DNA of 64,000 nucleotides from Eutreptiella sp. 'Long Island Sound 2002' (taxonomy: Eukaryota; Protista; Euglenida), in assembly GCA_964036045.1 (NCBI GenBank), contig OZ038378.1, positions 39,680,001-39,744,000 of the forward strand, read 5' to 3'. Below are positions 21,787 to 34,759 of the stretch, in pieces (position 1 is the first letter of the stretch; each line of letters begins with the position of its first letter). The translations under genes and the position numbers were made by a program. The notes below the pieces were generated by a model. It searched no databases and was not told the origin of the DNA. It worked only from the letters and a program-made list of their open reading frames with translations.

Positions 21787-23649
21787 AACCCACTTGATGG
21801 CATAGGAACCTGTCACTGTGCAACTGATGCACAAGAAGCCTTCGTTGTGGACAAGGGCTGGAGTGCCATGGATTCTTGTACATGACCCAAACAAATACAG
21901 AACCAGCATCCCTCCCTGTGTGCACCCTGGTCGGCCTATGTTGACCCATCATCTGAAGACATTTGGAAAGAGCAACACTTGAGCATGCAATTATGGGCAA
22001 ACTTGTGCACCGACTGAGTAGTGCTTGAATAACACCTCTCAGAGTCTGAGCAAGGAATCTGGAACTTGGGACTGACTGGGCAGACTGCGAAAGCCGTAGA
22101 AAATGCACAAAATGCTGGGATGCAGGGTTGTAAGGAGTTGATAAGTATGGCTGTCAGACACTGCAGCACAGCCACGTGAGTGGCACGTGGTACTTCAGAA
22201 GAAACGAGCAGAAAAAGCTTGGCTGGATCACCTCGTGTCTGGGTATTCTGCTGGGTAGCTGAGCGTAGGGTCAGTAGCTTCGTGCTCAGACTCTAGATAC
22301 AAAGGAGCCTCTGATGCACTATCCGAACTCGGAATGCTATGAAGAGCAGTAAGAAACACATCTGTAATAGAATGGGAACTGGCTTTCTTTTCTGTATGCC
22401 ACTTGATCGTGCACTCAGAGCCCTCCACTGCGAGCACCTTATCACAACCCTTGAAATTGTGCCCCTGGGCTCTGGCCAGGGTGGCTGAGTACCCTACTTC
22501 ACAAAATTCAGGCATTATGTATGATCCGTTCAAATGACCTCTCTGCATAGGTCCCCCAGTGAAGGAAGACCCCTGTTCTCTGAGCAGATGAATCTGTGCA
22601 CATGGGCTCTGGCCAAGGTGGCTGAGTACCCTACTTTATAACATTCGGATAGTACCTGTGATCCTCTGCGATGAACTCTCTGATATGACCACGTGCATCC
22701 CCAAACAGACTTGCGCCCATAGACTGCTGGGCACTGTCTGCAGTGAGAATGTGGGGGGGGGAGGGGGAGGGGGATCGGTCAGAAATTCAGATAGTACCTG
22801 TGATCCTTTGCGATGAACTCTCTACATACGTCCCCCAGTGAAGGAAGACCCCTGTTCTCTGAGCACATGAATCTGTGCACATGGGCTCTGGCCAAGGTGG
22901 CTGAGTACCCTACTTTACAACATTCGGATAGTACCTGTGATTGCGTGTCCCTTGCATTGCGAGTCCCTAACCCCAACTCAAGGGGCCACGCAACAAAGCG
23001 TGGACTACGAGTCCCTAACCCCAACTCTAGGGGGCACGCAACAAAGCGTGAATTGTGAGTCCCTAACCCCACCTCAAGGGGCTCCGCAACAAAGCGTGGA
23101 TTGTAAATCCCTAACCCCAACTCAAGGGGCGCAACAATACTGACCAATATGGGGTTGTGAAACAAACAAACAAGTGGAACACCCCACATTTCACGTTGTG
23201 TACCACAATTCCACTCCCGGGTTTCCACAACCGGCCACCAAACGCCGGTGGCCACGCGGTTCCACGCTGCGCCCACACTCATTGCTGAGTGGGGCACCGC
23301 TAGGAAGGCTAGCAGCTCCGCTTGAGGAGTAGATGGATCGGACACAATGCTCAATGTGGGTGGCAGCATCCCGCGCCAAGGGCCCCTTGTCCGCGGGCTG
23401 ACGATTGCATTTAACATGTCTGGGCAACAAACAACATTTGTATAGCGCCTTGTCTTGCTAATCTGGCGCTCCAGAGGGGGTCTAGAGGGGTGGGCGGGGG
23501 GTTGGTGGTCCAAGCTGAGGGGGGGGAGGGGGGGGTCAAAATCAAACTTGCTTCATCACGCGTGCTGTCATGGGGTCCCCGCACACACCACGTCCCCCAC
23601 AGGTGCCTAGGGAATCGCCCATAACACTTTTGTTTACCACTTCTAAAAT
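21787..23649. repeat. Composite repeat, copy B
   Basis: Collinear with 17434-20118; both copies end at CTTCTAAAAT. Confidence 0.8.
22961..23136. repeat. 48-bp tandem repeat, about 4 copies (GAGTCCCTAACCCCAACTCAAGGGG...CAACAAAGCGTGGA)
   Basis: Units start at about 22961, 23009, 23057 and 23105. Only one unit is present in copy A (~19084). Confidence 0.85.
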
Positions 23650-24270
23650 CACCTCGCAGAGGTTGTTAGATCAAAGCCAGGCAGGCGTATATAGGGGAAA
23701 ACGCCACATACCACCCCCATTTTGGCCTTTTTGGGCCTATTCGCGTACCCTACCCCAAGGGGTTGAATTGTTAGTTTAACCCCTTGTAAAATCATTATTT
23801 TGTCCAATAAACGCATCCCCCAATGAGATTTTGGTCCGGACCCCCCCAGACCCCCCCCACTTGAAACCCACTTTTTAGGGGGGGGTGGGGGGTTGGGGGG
23901 GGGGTGGGGGGGGGGGGGGTCAAAAATGTCGAAAAAATGACCCCCCTTTTTTTGGGTAGAAAATCATGAATCTTTTGGTTTTTTTTTCCGGGTCCCGACT
24001 CCATAGGGTTTGTATGGGGCGGAGTGGGACGAGCGCTTATGCAGTTTATGCACTTTTCAGCCATTTTTGGTATGTTGGCGGCCTTGGCGACCTCGGTGAC
24101 CCCGTGGTATCCACTTTGAGGGGTGCGAGTGGGGATGTTGTGACAATATATGCCTGCTAGGATATGGAAGGACTTTTTTTGCAGTCTCTAGCCTTGCCGA
24201 GGGCCGGTCAATGCCGGTACCAAAGACGCGAAATGACTGTTTCCACCAATAATGGCCCAGTGAATGGGCC

Positions 24271-25015
24271 GGTACACAACCTGCTTATACAGTTTTTCAC
24301 CCTGGGCAGCTCAAAAATCGAAGTTTTCGAAACTTGTTTTTTTGATATTGCCATCACTTAAAGTGACCATCCAAGCTACGTAAAGCATGTTTTAGGCCGT
24401 ATTTACGTGTTTCTCACCCTATTTGGGTATTAGGTCCGGGGGGGGGGGGGGTCTCCCAAGGGATTGGTAGACAACCTGCTTATGCCGTTTTTCACCCCGG
24501 ACAGCTCAAAAATCGAAGTTTTTGAAACTTGTTTTTTTGATATTATGATCACCCAAAATGACCATCCAAGCTATGTAAACCATGTTTTAGGCCGTATTCA
24601 CGTGTTTCTCACCCCATTTGGGTATTAGGTCCCGGGGGGGGGGGGGGGGGTCTCCCAAGGGATTGGTACACAACCTGCTTATGCAGTTTTTCACCCCGGA
24701 CAGCTCAAAAATGGGAGTTTTTGAAACTTGTTTTTTTGATATTGTGATCACCTAAAATGACCATCCAAGGTATGTAAAGCATGTTTTAGGCCGTATGTAC
24801 ATGTTTTTCACCCTATTTGGGTATTAGGTCCGGGGGGGGGGGGGGCTCCCAAGGGATTGGTACACAACCTGCTTATGCAGTTTTTCACCCTAGGCTGCTC
24901 AAAAATCGAAGTTTTCGAAACTTGTTTCTTTGATACCGTGACCACCTAAAATGATCATCCAAGGTATGTAAACCATGTTTTAGCCCGTATTTATGTAGTT
25001 TCCACCCTATTTTGG
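24271..25015. repeat. ~197-bp tandem satellite, about 3.8 copies
   Basis: Units begin GGTACACAACCTGCTTAT at 24271, 24466, 24665 and 24859 (periods 195, 199, 194), with a poly-G tract closing each full unit. Confidence 0.95.
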
Positions 25016-25069
25016 GTGTGTGTTGCTCGGGGTAGATTCTCTGCGAGGTGGACTTGCCAAAGGCAATAG

Positions 25070-25255
25070 AATTTGCGGCATTTGCGCTAAAAAAAAAAAT
25101 ACTGCGCGCAGAAAAAAAATGTCTGAGTATTTTTTTTTAGCGCGGAATATTTTTTTTAGCGCGGAATATTTTTTTTCAGTGCGGAATATTTTTTTAGCTA
25201 AGAAAAAATATTTCCTCTAAAAAAAAATAATCCGCATCTAAAAAAAAAATACAGA
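25070..25255. repeat. AT-rich self-complementary minisatellite element (paralog of 20119-20295)
   Basis: ATTTGCGGCATTTGCGCTAA...TTTTAGCGCGGAATA x3...AATCCGCATCTAAAAAAAAAATACAG. Confidence 0.8.
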
Positions 25256-25399
25256 ACCCATGTTCCTCCACTCATATAAACTCAATCACCACACCTACAT
25301 GTGCATCATACCACTAGGCCCACACAACAAATCCGCAGAATGGGGCTTGTGGCATGTTGATAGCTTCGTCAAAAACAGGCCTAGGCCGTTGTGCCTAAT

Positions 25400-27540
25400 G
25401 CACATCCTCATAAAATAATGGTGTAAACCCACCCATCCGTAAATCAAAGCACCACAGCTGAAGCACCAATACAGCTTGGTGCAATAGGTGTGCGTTGGGG
25501 TGTTGCATTGTACTTTGCCCTATCCTTGTGGCAAAAAGAATATTAATTGCTTCACCGTAGACGTCTAACTCAATGGCCGACAACTGCCAGAATCTTGAAG
25601 AGGAAGGGTTCACTGGCTCATTGCTTCTTCGAGGAAATGTGCGAATCGCACCTGCAAGAAGCCATGACAGAGACATTGCGTTGTGTTGGCAACGACAACA
25701 ACAACAACAATGCGCATACATGGGAGGCACATTGCAGTGAGAAATAGCAGGCTAACCAACCCAAAGGGCATCACCACAAAGACCAATGGTGAAACACAGT
25801 GCATGCACACATGTCCCTTACAAAAACAACTGGCTACACATCAACATATCTTGCATCAAGCCGACTGATGGTGCACAAGCAACACCCTATCAACTAGGTG
25901 TTTGGGCTGTCAACAGAACCCCCATGTATGCACTGCACGCTCAATATGTGCAGAGGCTTCCTCTTGCATTAACATGGACTCAAGCACATGACCCCAAAAT
26001 GCACAGGGTTGATACCCAGATGGCCCACAAATACAAAACTGACTTATGTGTGGCAAAATGTGCATGTCCAAGTCCTTGGTGGAACCCATCCACACCTTGC
26101 AGACAATGCCCCCTCCTTGGAATCTCCATAGATGTGCAAAAGTCAACATGGCACTATAACCCATGCAATCTTGGGTCTCCATTAAGGTGGAGAAAACACC
26201 ATGGGTACATAATGTCTGCTGTCTCATGGACCTCATACATGTGGAGAAATCAACATGCAGAGAAGCGGCGAGGAGTAGTGTGGCCACAAAACAACTCTGT
26301 GTACACTGCGCTGGTCAATCCCTCATCCATGACCAAACCCCCTATTATAGCCCCTTTCACACAAATTTGTACGACGTGGATGTCATGAATAGAATAAAAC
26401 TCACACTCACTTCCCAGAAAAAAAAAGGAAAAAACAACGCTCCTTGTGTGCACAAGGCCGAGAACTCGGGTTTGGGTAGTTCCTGACACAATTGGCACTG
26501 TGTCTCCACGGCATCCCCAAGCTTCAAGCTGCTAGTATGTAAGAGGTTCGCTTCAAGGTTGGAGGATGGAAACCCCAGCAGCTTCCTAGCCCCTGAGCCG
26601 CCCCAAGCATTCTACAACACAGGGCATTAGCCTTTTGTGCGCAGTTGCGCTGAGTCAGCAATCCCGGCATGACTAAAGGGTAGAATGGATCAACAGGGGA
26701 CAAATGGCATTTGGCTGGAGCTTGACAAGGCCAAAACATTCAGAGCATTGTCAAGTTGTCCTAGTGTTGCACGGAGACACTTTGATGGCATTCATGGACC
26801 ACTGGCCACAACCGACTCATGCCTTGCCTCACCCAATAGCCAGGCACACTCACACATGAATGCACACTGTGGCACACACAAACAGAGAGAACAATGAGTC
26901 AGACAGCCGGGTGGACGAGCAGACAGACGAACCGATAGACAGACAAACAGACAGACGGACAGACAGGTTTCGTGCTGAGACAAACTTCTCATCAGCCCAC
27001 TGTCACAAAACCAGTCAGGACAGATACAAAAGGCCCTGGGGTCCTGGGGACGGCCAGGTGCCATCTGTAACGAGGGTGGTTTGAAAGAAAATTACATCAA
27101 ATGGTAGGCAGTTCAGTAGGCCAGATTGCAATCTGTCGTCCAAGTGATGTTGTATGCATATGTGCACACACAAAAGGAGCATCGCACAACCCTGGACCCG
27201 CAGCACCTCCTCTCCCTGATACACGTGAGGGAGGGGGCTATGAAGTGCACGGACGTCGAAAATCGAAGAGAAGTGGCAGGAAAATGTTGGTAGAGCATTC
27301 AGGAAGTCGTTCACATCGTTCCAAAATGTAGCAGGCTGAGCAGAGGTCCCATGCAGAGCATAGTTACACACGAAAAAAATTTTAAGACCAGGGGACATCA
27401 CTGTGGCACGCACTGTCGTCCATGGACCGCAGCCCCAAGATCGCTCGCACCGCCGACCCAACCAGGACACCCGGCTGCGCCTCATGTTTGTCTTTCTCGC
27501 TGATCCTTCCACAGGTGCTTCCGTCTGCAAAGGCCACAAG
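25400..27540 (-). pseudogene. Decayed coding relic of an unrecognised family, with homologous pieces at 17434-17700, 21787-22100 and 20385-20900
   Basis: Protein-like frames with point stops (..YEVHETADIMYPWCFLH..CLQGVDGFHQGLGHAHFATHKSVLYLWA; FWNDVNDFLNALPTF). Nucleotide matches ACAAATACAAAACT and GACTCATGCCTTG.CTCACCC occur in the other copies. Confidence 0.35.
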
Positions 27541-28279
27541 GCGGCGCTTTTGCATCGGCGTAGGACATGGCATATTGTTGAGGGATGGAGACAGCGAGAG
27601 CAGGGGCGACGCCAATGGGTCAGGAGTTGCGGAGGGTTGCTGCGGCGCGCGAGTGTATTGCCTGTTTACCCTTTGCCGGCGAACCTTGAGAATGTCGCTG
27701 TCAGCATGAGCCAAGAATTTGGTGAATATGCGCTCCTTATCTGACCGATATTTCCATCTCCTACATACAGAATGAGAATGGCAACCGTAGTGTTTCGTCT
27801 CCGCTGAAATTACACTTCTGCTGCTGCTTTCCCAATGGTTGTTAAATGTGTCATGAATTGTGCCAAGAGTATCCGTTTCTGGTAAAGGGCAGTTTCCGCA
27901 TGGGCATGAACATATTGACCTCCAAGAGGAGGACAGGGGCCGATATAGTGTGGGGGGCGGGGTCCACCCCCCCAGCCCCCTCTCCACTGCTCCTCCGGGG
28001 GTGGATATAATAGTGACGCAATTATTTTGGTGGGGGTGGTGGGGGGGGGGGGGGCAGGGTTGAGCCTGAGATGACAAAATGATGATTACGCAGTTGTCCA
28101 TCGTCATTTTATTTTGCAGGTATGTGCAATGGCTGATGTGTACCGCTGCTTGCCAGTTGTTCATTGCATGCACGATGAATCTGCAGCTCTGCCATCGCCC
28201 AGGTCAGGGCAGTCCTTAACGGAAGAAAAAAAAACACACCGTTACACAGTTTTCCCAAAAAAGCCCGCGGGCACACCAT

Positions 28280-28440
28280 GTGTTGGCGGTGGGCGGTGGG
28301 CGGTTGGTGGCGGTTGGTGGTGGTTGGTGGCGGTTGGTGGTTGGTGGTTGGTGGTTGATGGCGGTTGGCAGTGGTTGGCAGTTGGCGGCAGTTGGCGGTT
28401 GGCGGTTGGTGGCAGTTGGTGGTTGGCGGTTGGCGGTCCC
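28280..28440. repeat. (GGCGGTT/GGTGGTT)n G-rich minisatellite
   Basis: About 20 degenerate 7-10-nt units ending in GGCGGTCCCTAAGGGCGGTCC. Confidence 0.9.
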
Positions 28441-30771
28441 TAAGGGCGGTCCTGAAAAAAATTTTAGTTCCTTAAGGACCCCCCTGGCCCAGGTTATGCA
28501 CTCCTTCGAGTGTATTGTCATCACAAGTCACACCCAGTGTTCCTTGCCCTTTCTGTCACGGTCACAGGACATCGAATGGACATCTGTACCTCCTTGTTGC
28601 TTTCAGAAAATGTATTTCAGTGCAGTGCAGCTATAATAAGTGACAGGGTGCTGTTTTTTTCTTGTTTTCATTTCTCGTGCTTCAGGCCTTCTCTTTTTTT
28701 TCTTTTTGATGGAACAGCCAAAGGGCCAGCCAGAACGCAAAAAATGGTTCCTACTGTTTTGCCTTGTGATGACAATACATTGGAAGAGATGTGCATGTCT
28801 CCGTGTTGCATTGCTGTAGATTCATCCACAGGTTCATCAGGTGGGTCATCTAGGACTGATGACAGTAGTGACAGTTCAAGCTGAGACAGCTCTGCCACAG
28901 ATGCGGCTGAGTTGAAGCAACCTTTGGCCAACACTGTCAAGAAATGACAATAACAACCTATGGACAATGTATTTCAGCTATGTCCTCATCCCTTGTACGA
29001 TGCATGGTCTTGTGTCCGGCAGATGAGGGACCCAGCATCAGTGCTTTGGCCAGAGCTAGTTTCGTAATCGTCACTTCGTCATCGGAACGTGGGCAGGTGG
29101 GTGGTGGCTGGTGGGGCGGGGTCTTGTGAGTAAAGTACTGCTCTTTAAAGGAAGGAACGCGAAACAGACAATTGCCCAACGCTTGCAACTCATGACAATG
29201 TACATCACTTAGCACCAACTCAGCGGCAATGGTTAGCAATGCCAGGCAAAGCAACGGAGTCGAACCACAGCAGCGTTCACTCTCGCAGAAATGCAATACC
29301 TTTTGCGGACCTTATTGCGCACACAATATGTGATATGGTGGCATCGGCAATGGCAGTGTCGGAATGGGGGGGAGGAGCACAACTGTGACTCTGCATATTC
29401 TGTGTGTGTGAGCGCGTGCAGTTGGTTGCCTACAATGCCGCCACAGCAGATGGAACATCTCATGAGGCACATACACTGGCAGCGGCAGGTAACAGCACAG
29501 GCACTCGCCCACAGAGCTACGTAACAACACATTCCAAACACAGCGCATGACCAGGCAACACCACAGCACATTGTTATCCAGCACCCAGTGCCTGACTTGA
29601 CCAGGGAGGGGAGGGGGGAGACAGGTCCAGGAGGGAGCGGACCGCCCCCTGCCGAAATGTACCCAATACCCAGCAAACACAAAAATTCCATTGGTTCTAT
29701 TGACAACCTCACAAAGTGGTGCCATTGGCACACTCAAAAACAGTGTGGAACATGCTTTTTGCACATCGTGGTGTGCTTCTTGCCTCTTCCGTCTGGTGAG
29801 CCTATCTTCAAACGTAACGTAAAGTGGCATGTCAATTACATCTTCGTGCTTCACATGGGGCAGCGGTAGGACTAGGGGGCAGAAATACACAGACAATGAG
29901 CACTGGGTGATGGTAATCCGCAAAACAATTAACATAGAGTACACATGGAACAATAATTTTCTGGTCACCCCAAAAACTCCCAAAACCCAGGTTTTCAGAT
30001 GATTCAAAACGGAGGGGGGGGGGGGCAGGGGGTCCAGGGGAGGGGGGAGGGGGGGAGCCCCGACCCCCCCTGCCGGCATGACAATTAGCAAGGCTCTGCT
30101 TCCCCCCTCCCCCTTGACGGCCTCCCCCAAAACGCGCAACGGTCCCCCACCCCAGGGGAGACACCCTCACCAAATGACCCCTCCCAGCTGCCCCAGGGGG
30201 ACTATGTCCTTGGGCCGAAACCTGACCTTTCCGCTGCAACCACATTGTAACTGCAGGAAAATTTTTCTCCTGCGCCTTCTCAACCATGGACTTTTGGTAC
30301 AAGGGAGATGGCGCCCCCCTCAGGGACTGTGCAAGGCGAGGGGAAAAAAGGGGGGGGGGGGGCACAAGCAGCGCATGGTAAGGGTTTGGTTGTAATGTGT
30401 GCCGTCAAGAGCAAAGGTAGGCAACCAAAAACATGCACACTGTTGATCCATTGACACCATCCACTGTCTGCGGAGGAGACTATGCACAAAACCATATCCC
30501 AGGCCTGCGAGGCTCTGCAACCCCCCCCCCTTCAAATCGGGGGAAATTTTGGAACAAATCGGGGCAACAAATCCGGGTTAGGGTCAGCAGGTTTTCAGCA
30601 TGGTTGTTGACAATTTCCCACTGACCTGGATCTCGATCCCAATCCCCAGACACACCTTTCTTTTGGTTATTGCACAGCCAGAGTCACATGGAAACCCACA
30701 TTCCCTCATTTTCAAAAAAAAAAGTTCACCCTCCGGTTTGTACATGGTCCTTGATCAGTGTCAGGGAACGA

Positions 30772-30843
30772 AGCTCAGTGACCTCGTGGTCAGAGCACTG
30801 GTCTTACAGATGAAGTATGCTGGTTCAAATCCCCCTGGGTGCA
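30772..30843 (+). tRNA. tRNA-Val(TAC)-like pseudogene or tRNA-derived SINE head
   Basis: GCTCAG...AGTGACCTCGTGGTCAGAGCA (A box), CT-TAC-AG loop, GGTTCAAATCC (B box), CTGGGTGCA end followed by TTTTT. The anticodon stem does not pair well. Confidence 0.45.
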
Positions 30844-32789
30844 TTTTTATCACCTGCCTTAAAGTGGTCAGCCTGCTTAAAAAGTTGTTTTTCCTGCACA
30901 AGCAAAGCCTGCCACAACAACAAACAAGATGAACACACACAGCAATCTCATCTGCGAAATTATTTTGCCCATTCAGGAATACTGTTGTTGACATCACCGT
31001 TGACGAATTCCGGCACGGTGACGTCTGCCACCAGTTCCACAAACTCCACGACTGCTGCTACAAGTTCCTGCGCCGTATCAGCTTCTACCACCAGTGCAAC
31101 TGCTACAACCAGTGCAATTGCTACGACCACCGCAACTGCTGCAACTAGTGTCGGTCAGAGTTATTGCAGCAGGTTTGGCAGCAAAAAACGGACAGGGTTG
31201 ACAGTAACGTATACAGAGTGAACACAATCTAGCATCTATTGGCAGTTGAGAATGGTGTTGTGCTACTTGGGCTTGAACAGAAGGTGCAAGATCTGTCACT
31301 GCCTGCAAGGAGGAGCCCTTGCAACCACAAACATGACAGTCCATGGAGGTAAACGCAGCATATCCACACAATAAATAAGACAGATGGATACTAAGTACTG
31401 CCAATTGTTAACAGGGCCAAGAATCCAACAAATCGGGGCACAAAATCGGGGTAAATCAGGGAAATTGGCCCCCGATTTTGGGGGCGGGGGGTTGGCTCTG
31501 GAACTTGGTGTCCCTCTATGAATTGGGATGCCACAAAAAGGGAAACAACTGACCACCAGTAAACAGCAGTGACACAGAGCACGCACTCACCTAACGTGAA
31601 ATGGTACCGTGGTGATATCCTTTGTCTTGTCTCGGTCTCGGAAGCAGTATGGTTTTGTGCAATCCAGCCATGGGTCCTGCAATGAACACGAGTGTGCCTG
31701 CAGTGTGGGAGCACACTGCCCAACCCTTCAACATCCCACCATCCACTTGTGTGAATACAGGCAAATCTCCACACTGTAGATGACAGTAAGGGGAAAGGAG
31801 GAGAGGGAGAGAGGAGGGGCTGTGTGGATTGATGGTGTGTGTCATGATGGACATTGCAGTACGACACAAGTGTGGCGGTGGGTACCGAAGCAGGGGAGTG
31901 GTTTCACTTGTTTTTTATATAACTGTCCGGTTCCATCGACAATTGTGCAAGCTTGTTCCAGCTCCTCAGACTCATTGTCTGAGACTGTACATAACTGTGC
32001 CTGACACCCACCCGCCTTCCTCGCAGAGAGGAGGCATAAGGTTATGGGTTCACTCGGTGATGCTTGCGATTGCCTCTCCAGGGGTCACTCCTGCCTAACA
32101 GCTAGAAATGGGGTGCAGTGGTTCACTGGTTGCTACTCTTTAGTGCTTCTAGAGGCGCCACAGGCGCCTCTGCACCGTGTGCTCTGTCCACTCCTACAGT
32201 GTGTAGCCGTGGACACGTTCAGTGGCTGCCTATGCAGGTAACACAGCATCTTTGCTACCGCATGCATGTTGCAGGTTGGAGTGGAGGCGCTGCAGGCCCC
32301 TCCGCACTAACACGTGCTACTGTCCTTCTGCTATGGTAGTCCTTTCAGCCCCCGACGTTTGGAGTTTGTGGTATCAGGGGGCGTTAGACCCTGTGGCAAG
32401 CCGACTCAAAGGTTCCCTTCTGTTGCCACATGTAGGACTGCACCATTTTGTGACACGCCACTTGAAATCCACCCAGCCATAGGTAGTTGACTACAATCAC
32501 ACTTTCTTCTCTCGGCCTTCTGGTGGCGTTTTCCCATCGTGTGTATTCCCTCTCCACTTGTTGAAGCCAGGCTGTCTCTTGTACTCGTGTACCACCTCCA
32601 TCCCTGCTCCGATGAGTTGGGAACGCTGCCTGATGGGCACCTTCCATCCTCGTACATGCTCTTGCCAAAACTGTTTGAGGTCGCCCAGCATGTAGATCCT
32701 CCGCTTGGAGTCCCCCTCCAAGGTAGTTAGCTGGACATCTTCATTCCCTGCAACATGTACTTTTACCTCTTCGGTGTCCAACAGCAAAC

Positions 32790-34700
32790 TTGCCGAGAAG
32801 GACGTTATTCCCATATTAGGCAGAGGGGTGCCCAACCATGTAGTGGCCATGTTGCACGACATATACACCCGTTCCAACACCGCCTCCCGAGAAGGGGGGT
32901 TCGACTGGCAAACAACGCGAGGTGCCCCATGTTGCACACAGTGTATTTGTATTCTACTACGACGTTTTCTTGGACGAACTCAAAGAGCGCCTCCAATATG
33001 TGTCACTATACACATGCATGGATGATGTAGCCCTGGTGGCGCACAAGGTATCTGAGGCGTAGGGGGCGTTACAGATAGCTCATGGTATAGGAGCGCAACT
33101 AGGCTCTTCTATCAATGCTAAGAAGACCAAAAAACACCATTCGCAGTCCCAGCACCGAGCGGCAATGGTTAGTTTTCAAGAAGCAACTCTGACGGTATTG
33201 TTGGCCATTGCGAACTACTTGCGCCATTTGGTGGCGAACTCATCCATGCAACTCTACATTGAGCAAGAAACCTACCAAGCAGTCATAGCAAACGTCAAAC
33301 ACGATGAACGTCTGCTACTCACAATATGGGAGAGGTCCGAATCGGTCTGCACACTATTGCTCGTGCGGTGGTGCTAAAAGTGGGTGCTGGTCTTAAATGA
33401 TACCACCATGTATGCCATCGAAAAATGTATGGGTTTTTGTCACATCCAGACCGGGTGTGTGTCCCAAGCGGGATGTGGGCAAAGTAGCGACAACCAAGAA
33501 GATGGGAGGTATATGCCTGCACCAAATTTATTGGCGCTGGCGCACAAGCAACAGCCTAGACGGTCCAAGCACCACTCAGACGATAACTCCTCAAACTATA
33601 CAACACAAGGTTACTACCCATCTCCACGGAGGTTGTCACGCAGCTCAAGGCAAAAGTGCCCACGACACAAATGAAGAGGTGGCCACACATAAACCTTGGA
33701 CGTGACCGGATTTGCACACAAAGTACGCTAAGCCACAAGCCTGGACACTAGTGCCAACCCAATGCCCCCACCACCGGGTTCTCGGCGAAGGGACACAGCA
33801 GGGTACCAATGTTACATCCATGGGCCTATGTCCACGACGGGGCCTTTCTACTCGGATGGCAGCCCCTTGGACAACGGCACGGCAGGCATAGCGGTTGGGG
33901 ACACCCGTATTTTGTCTAGTGTGTCGGGAGAGCAAGAGTTATACAGGGTGGAGATGTACCGGCTCTCCCTCATCAGCCATCTTTCAGTCCCCACACAAAT
34001 GGCAAAACTAGACAACCAAGCGGTAACCAAGGTGGCATCCATTGAGCCCCTCAACATCCCTCTAGCTACCACCATGCGCCAAAAGCACTTACAGGCAGAA
34101 TGGATCAAAGGGCACGGTAGTGAAGGGGGGCCTAAGGACAAGGAAGATAGGCAAGACATCCGGTAAAACAACCTCACCTTGCAAGATATCATTTTCACCT
34201 CGCCCGCCACTATCCACATTGCGGGGGGCGAAGCACCATCACTGGTTGGATTCTGAAACTACGCCGACAACACGAGGTGCCTAAAGTGCACAGGGTGACG
34301 TGGAAGCCACCGCAAGGGTTAAGGCGCCAACTACGGACCCAATGGTTGTGGGGATACAAAACAAGTGCCGGAGGTGGTGGCACCATGGTGGACACTAGAC
34401 CAACCTCGCGTGCACATCTTCAACATGCTTGTTGCCACAAAGTGTGCAAGAGGTCTTCATCATGGACCTTGGATAATCACACCGTGCCCAAGCGACATTT
34501 GGAGCCAATGGGACGTACCCGTTCAAAAATGGTGGCACACGGCATCGGAAGAAGATTTGAATAATGCGGCCAGGCTACGAATTTCGCAGACTCTGGTAGA
34601 GGCTATCCCACTCAAAGACCGTAGACGGTTGCGCTGACGGACAACAGAGTACCAATACACGGTGTTAATCACGTAACAACAGCTGAGAGGCAGCTTACCC
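32790..34700 (+). mobile_element. Decayed LINE: RT domains 3'-7 plus RNase H
   Basis: GVPNHVVAMLHDIY...TTRG..CPM; LYTCMDDVAL; GSSINAKKT; RNase H FYSDGS...YRVEMY...LDNQAV...EWIKGH (ORF 33762..34166). Confidence 0.8.
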
Positions 34701-34759
34701 TTGCCGCCGACTAGCGAGTCGCCTCAAGGGACACAACAAGGCAGAGGTAGTAGTTGGAA

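Noticed and set aside
29312-30395. Several long ORFs, including 275 aa and 177 aa
   Set aside because: They span poly-G/C repeat termini and have no coherent protein motifs.
30817-31221. Mucin-like Thr/Ala-rich ORF
   Set aside because: It arises from a degenerate trinucleotide-like repeat, starts inside the tRNA-like sequence, and the coding strand is unclear.
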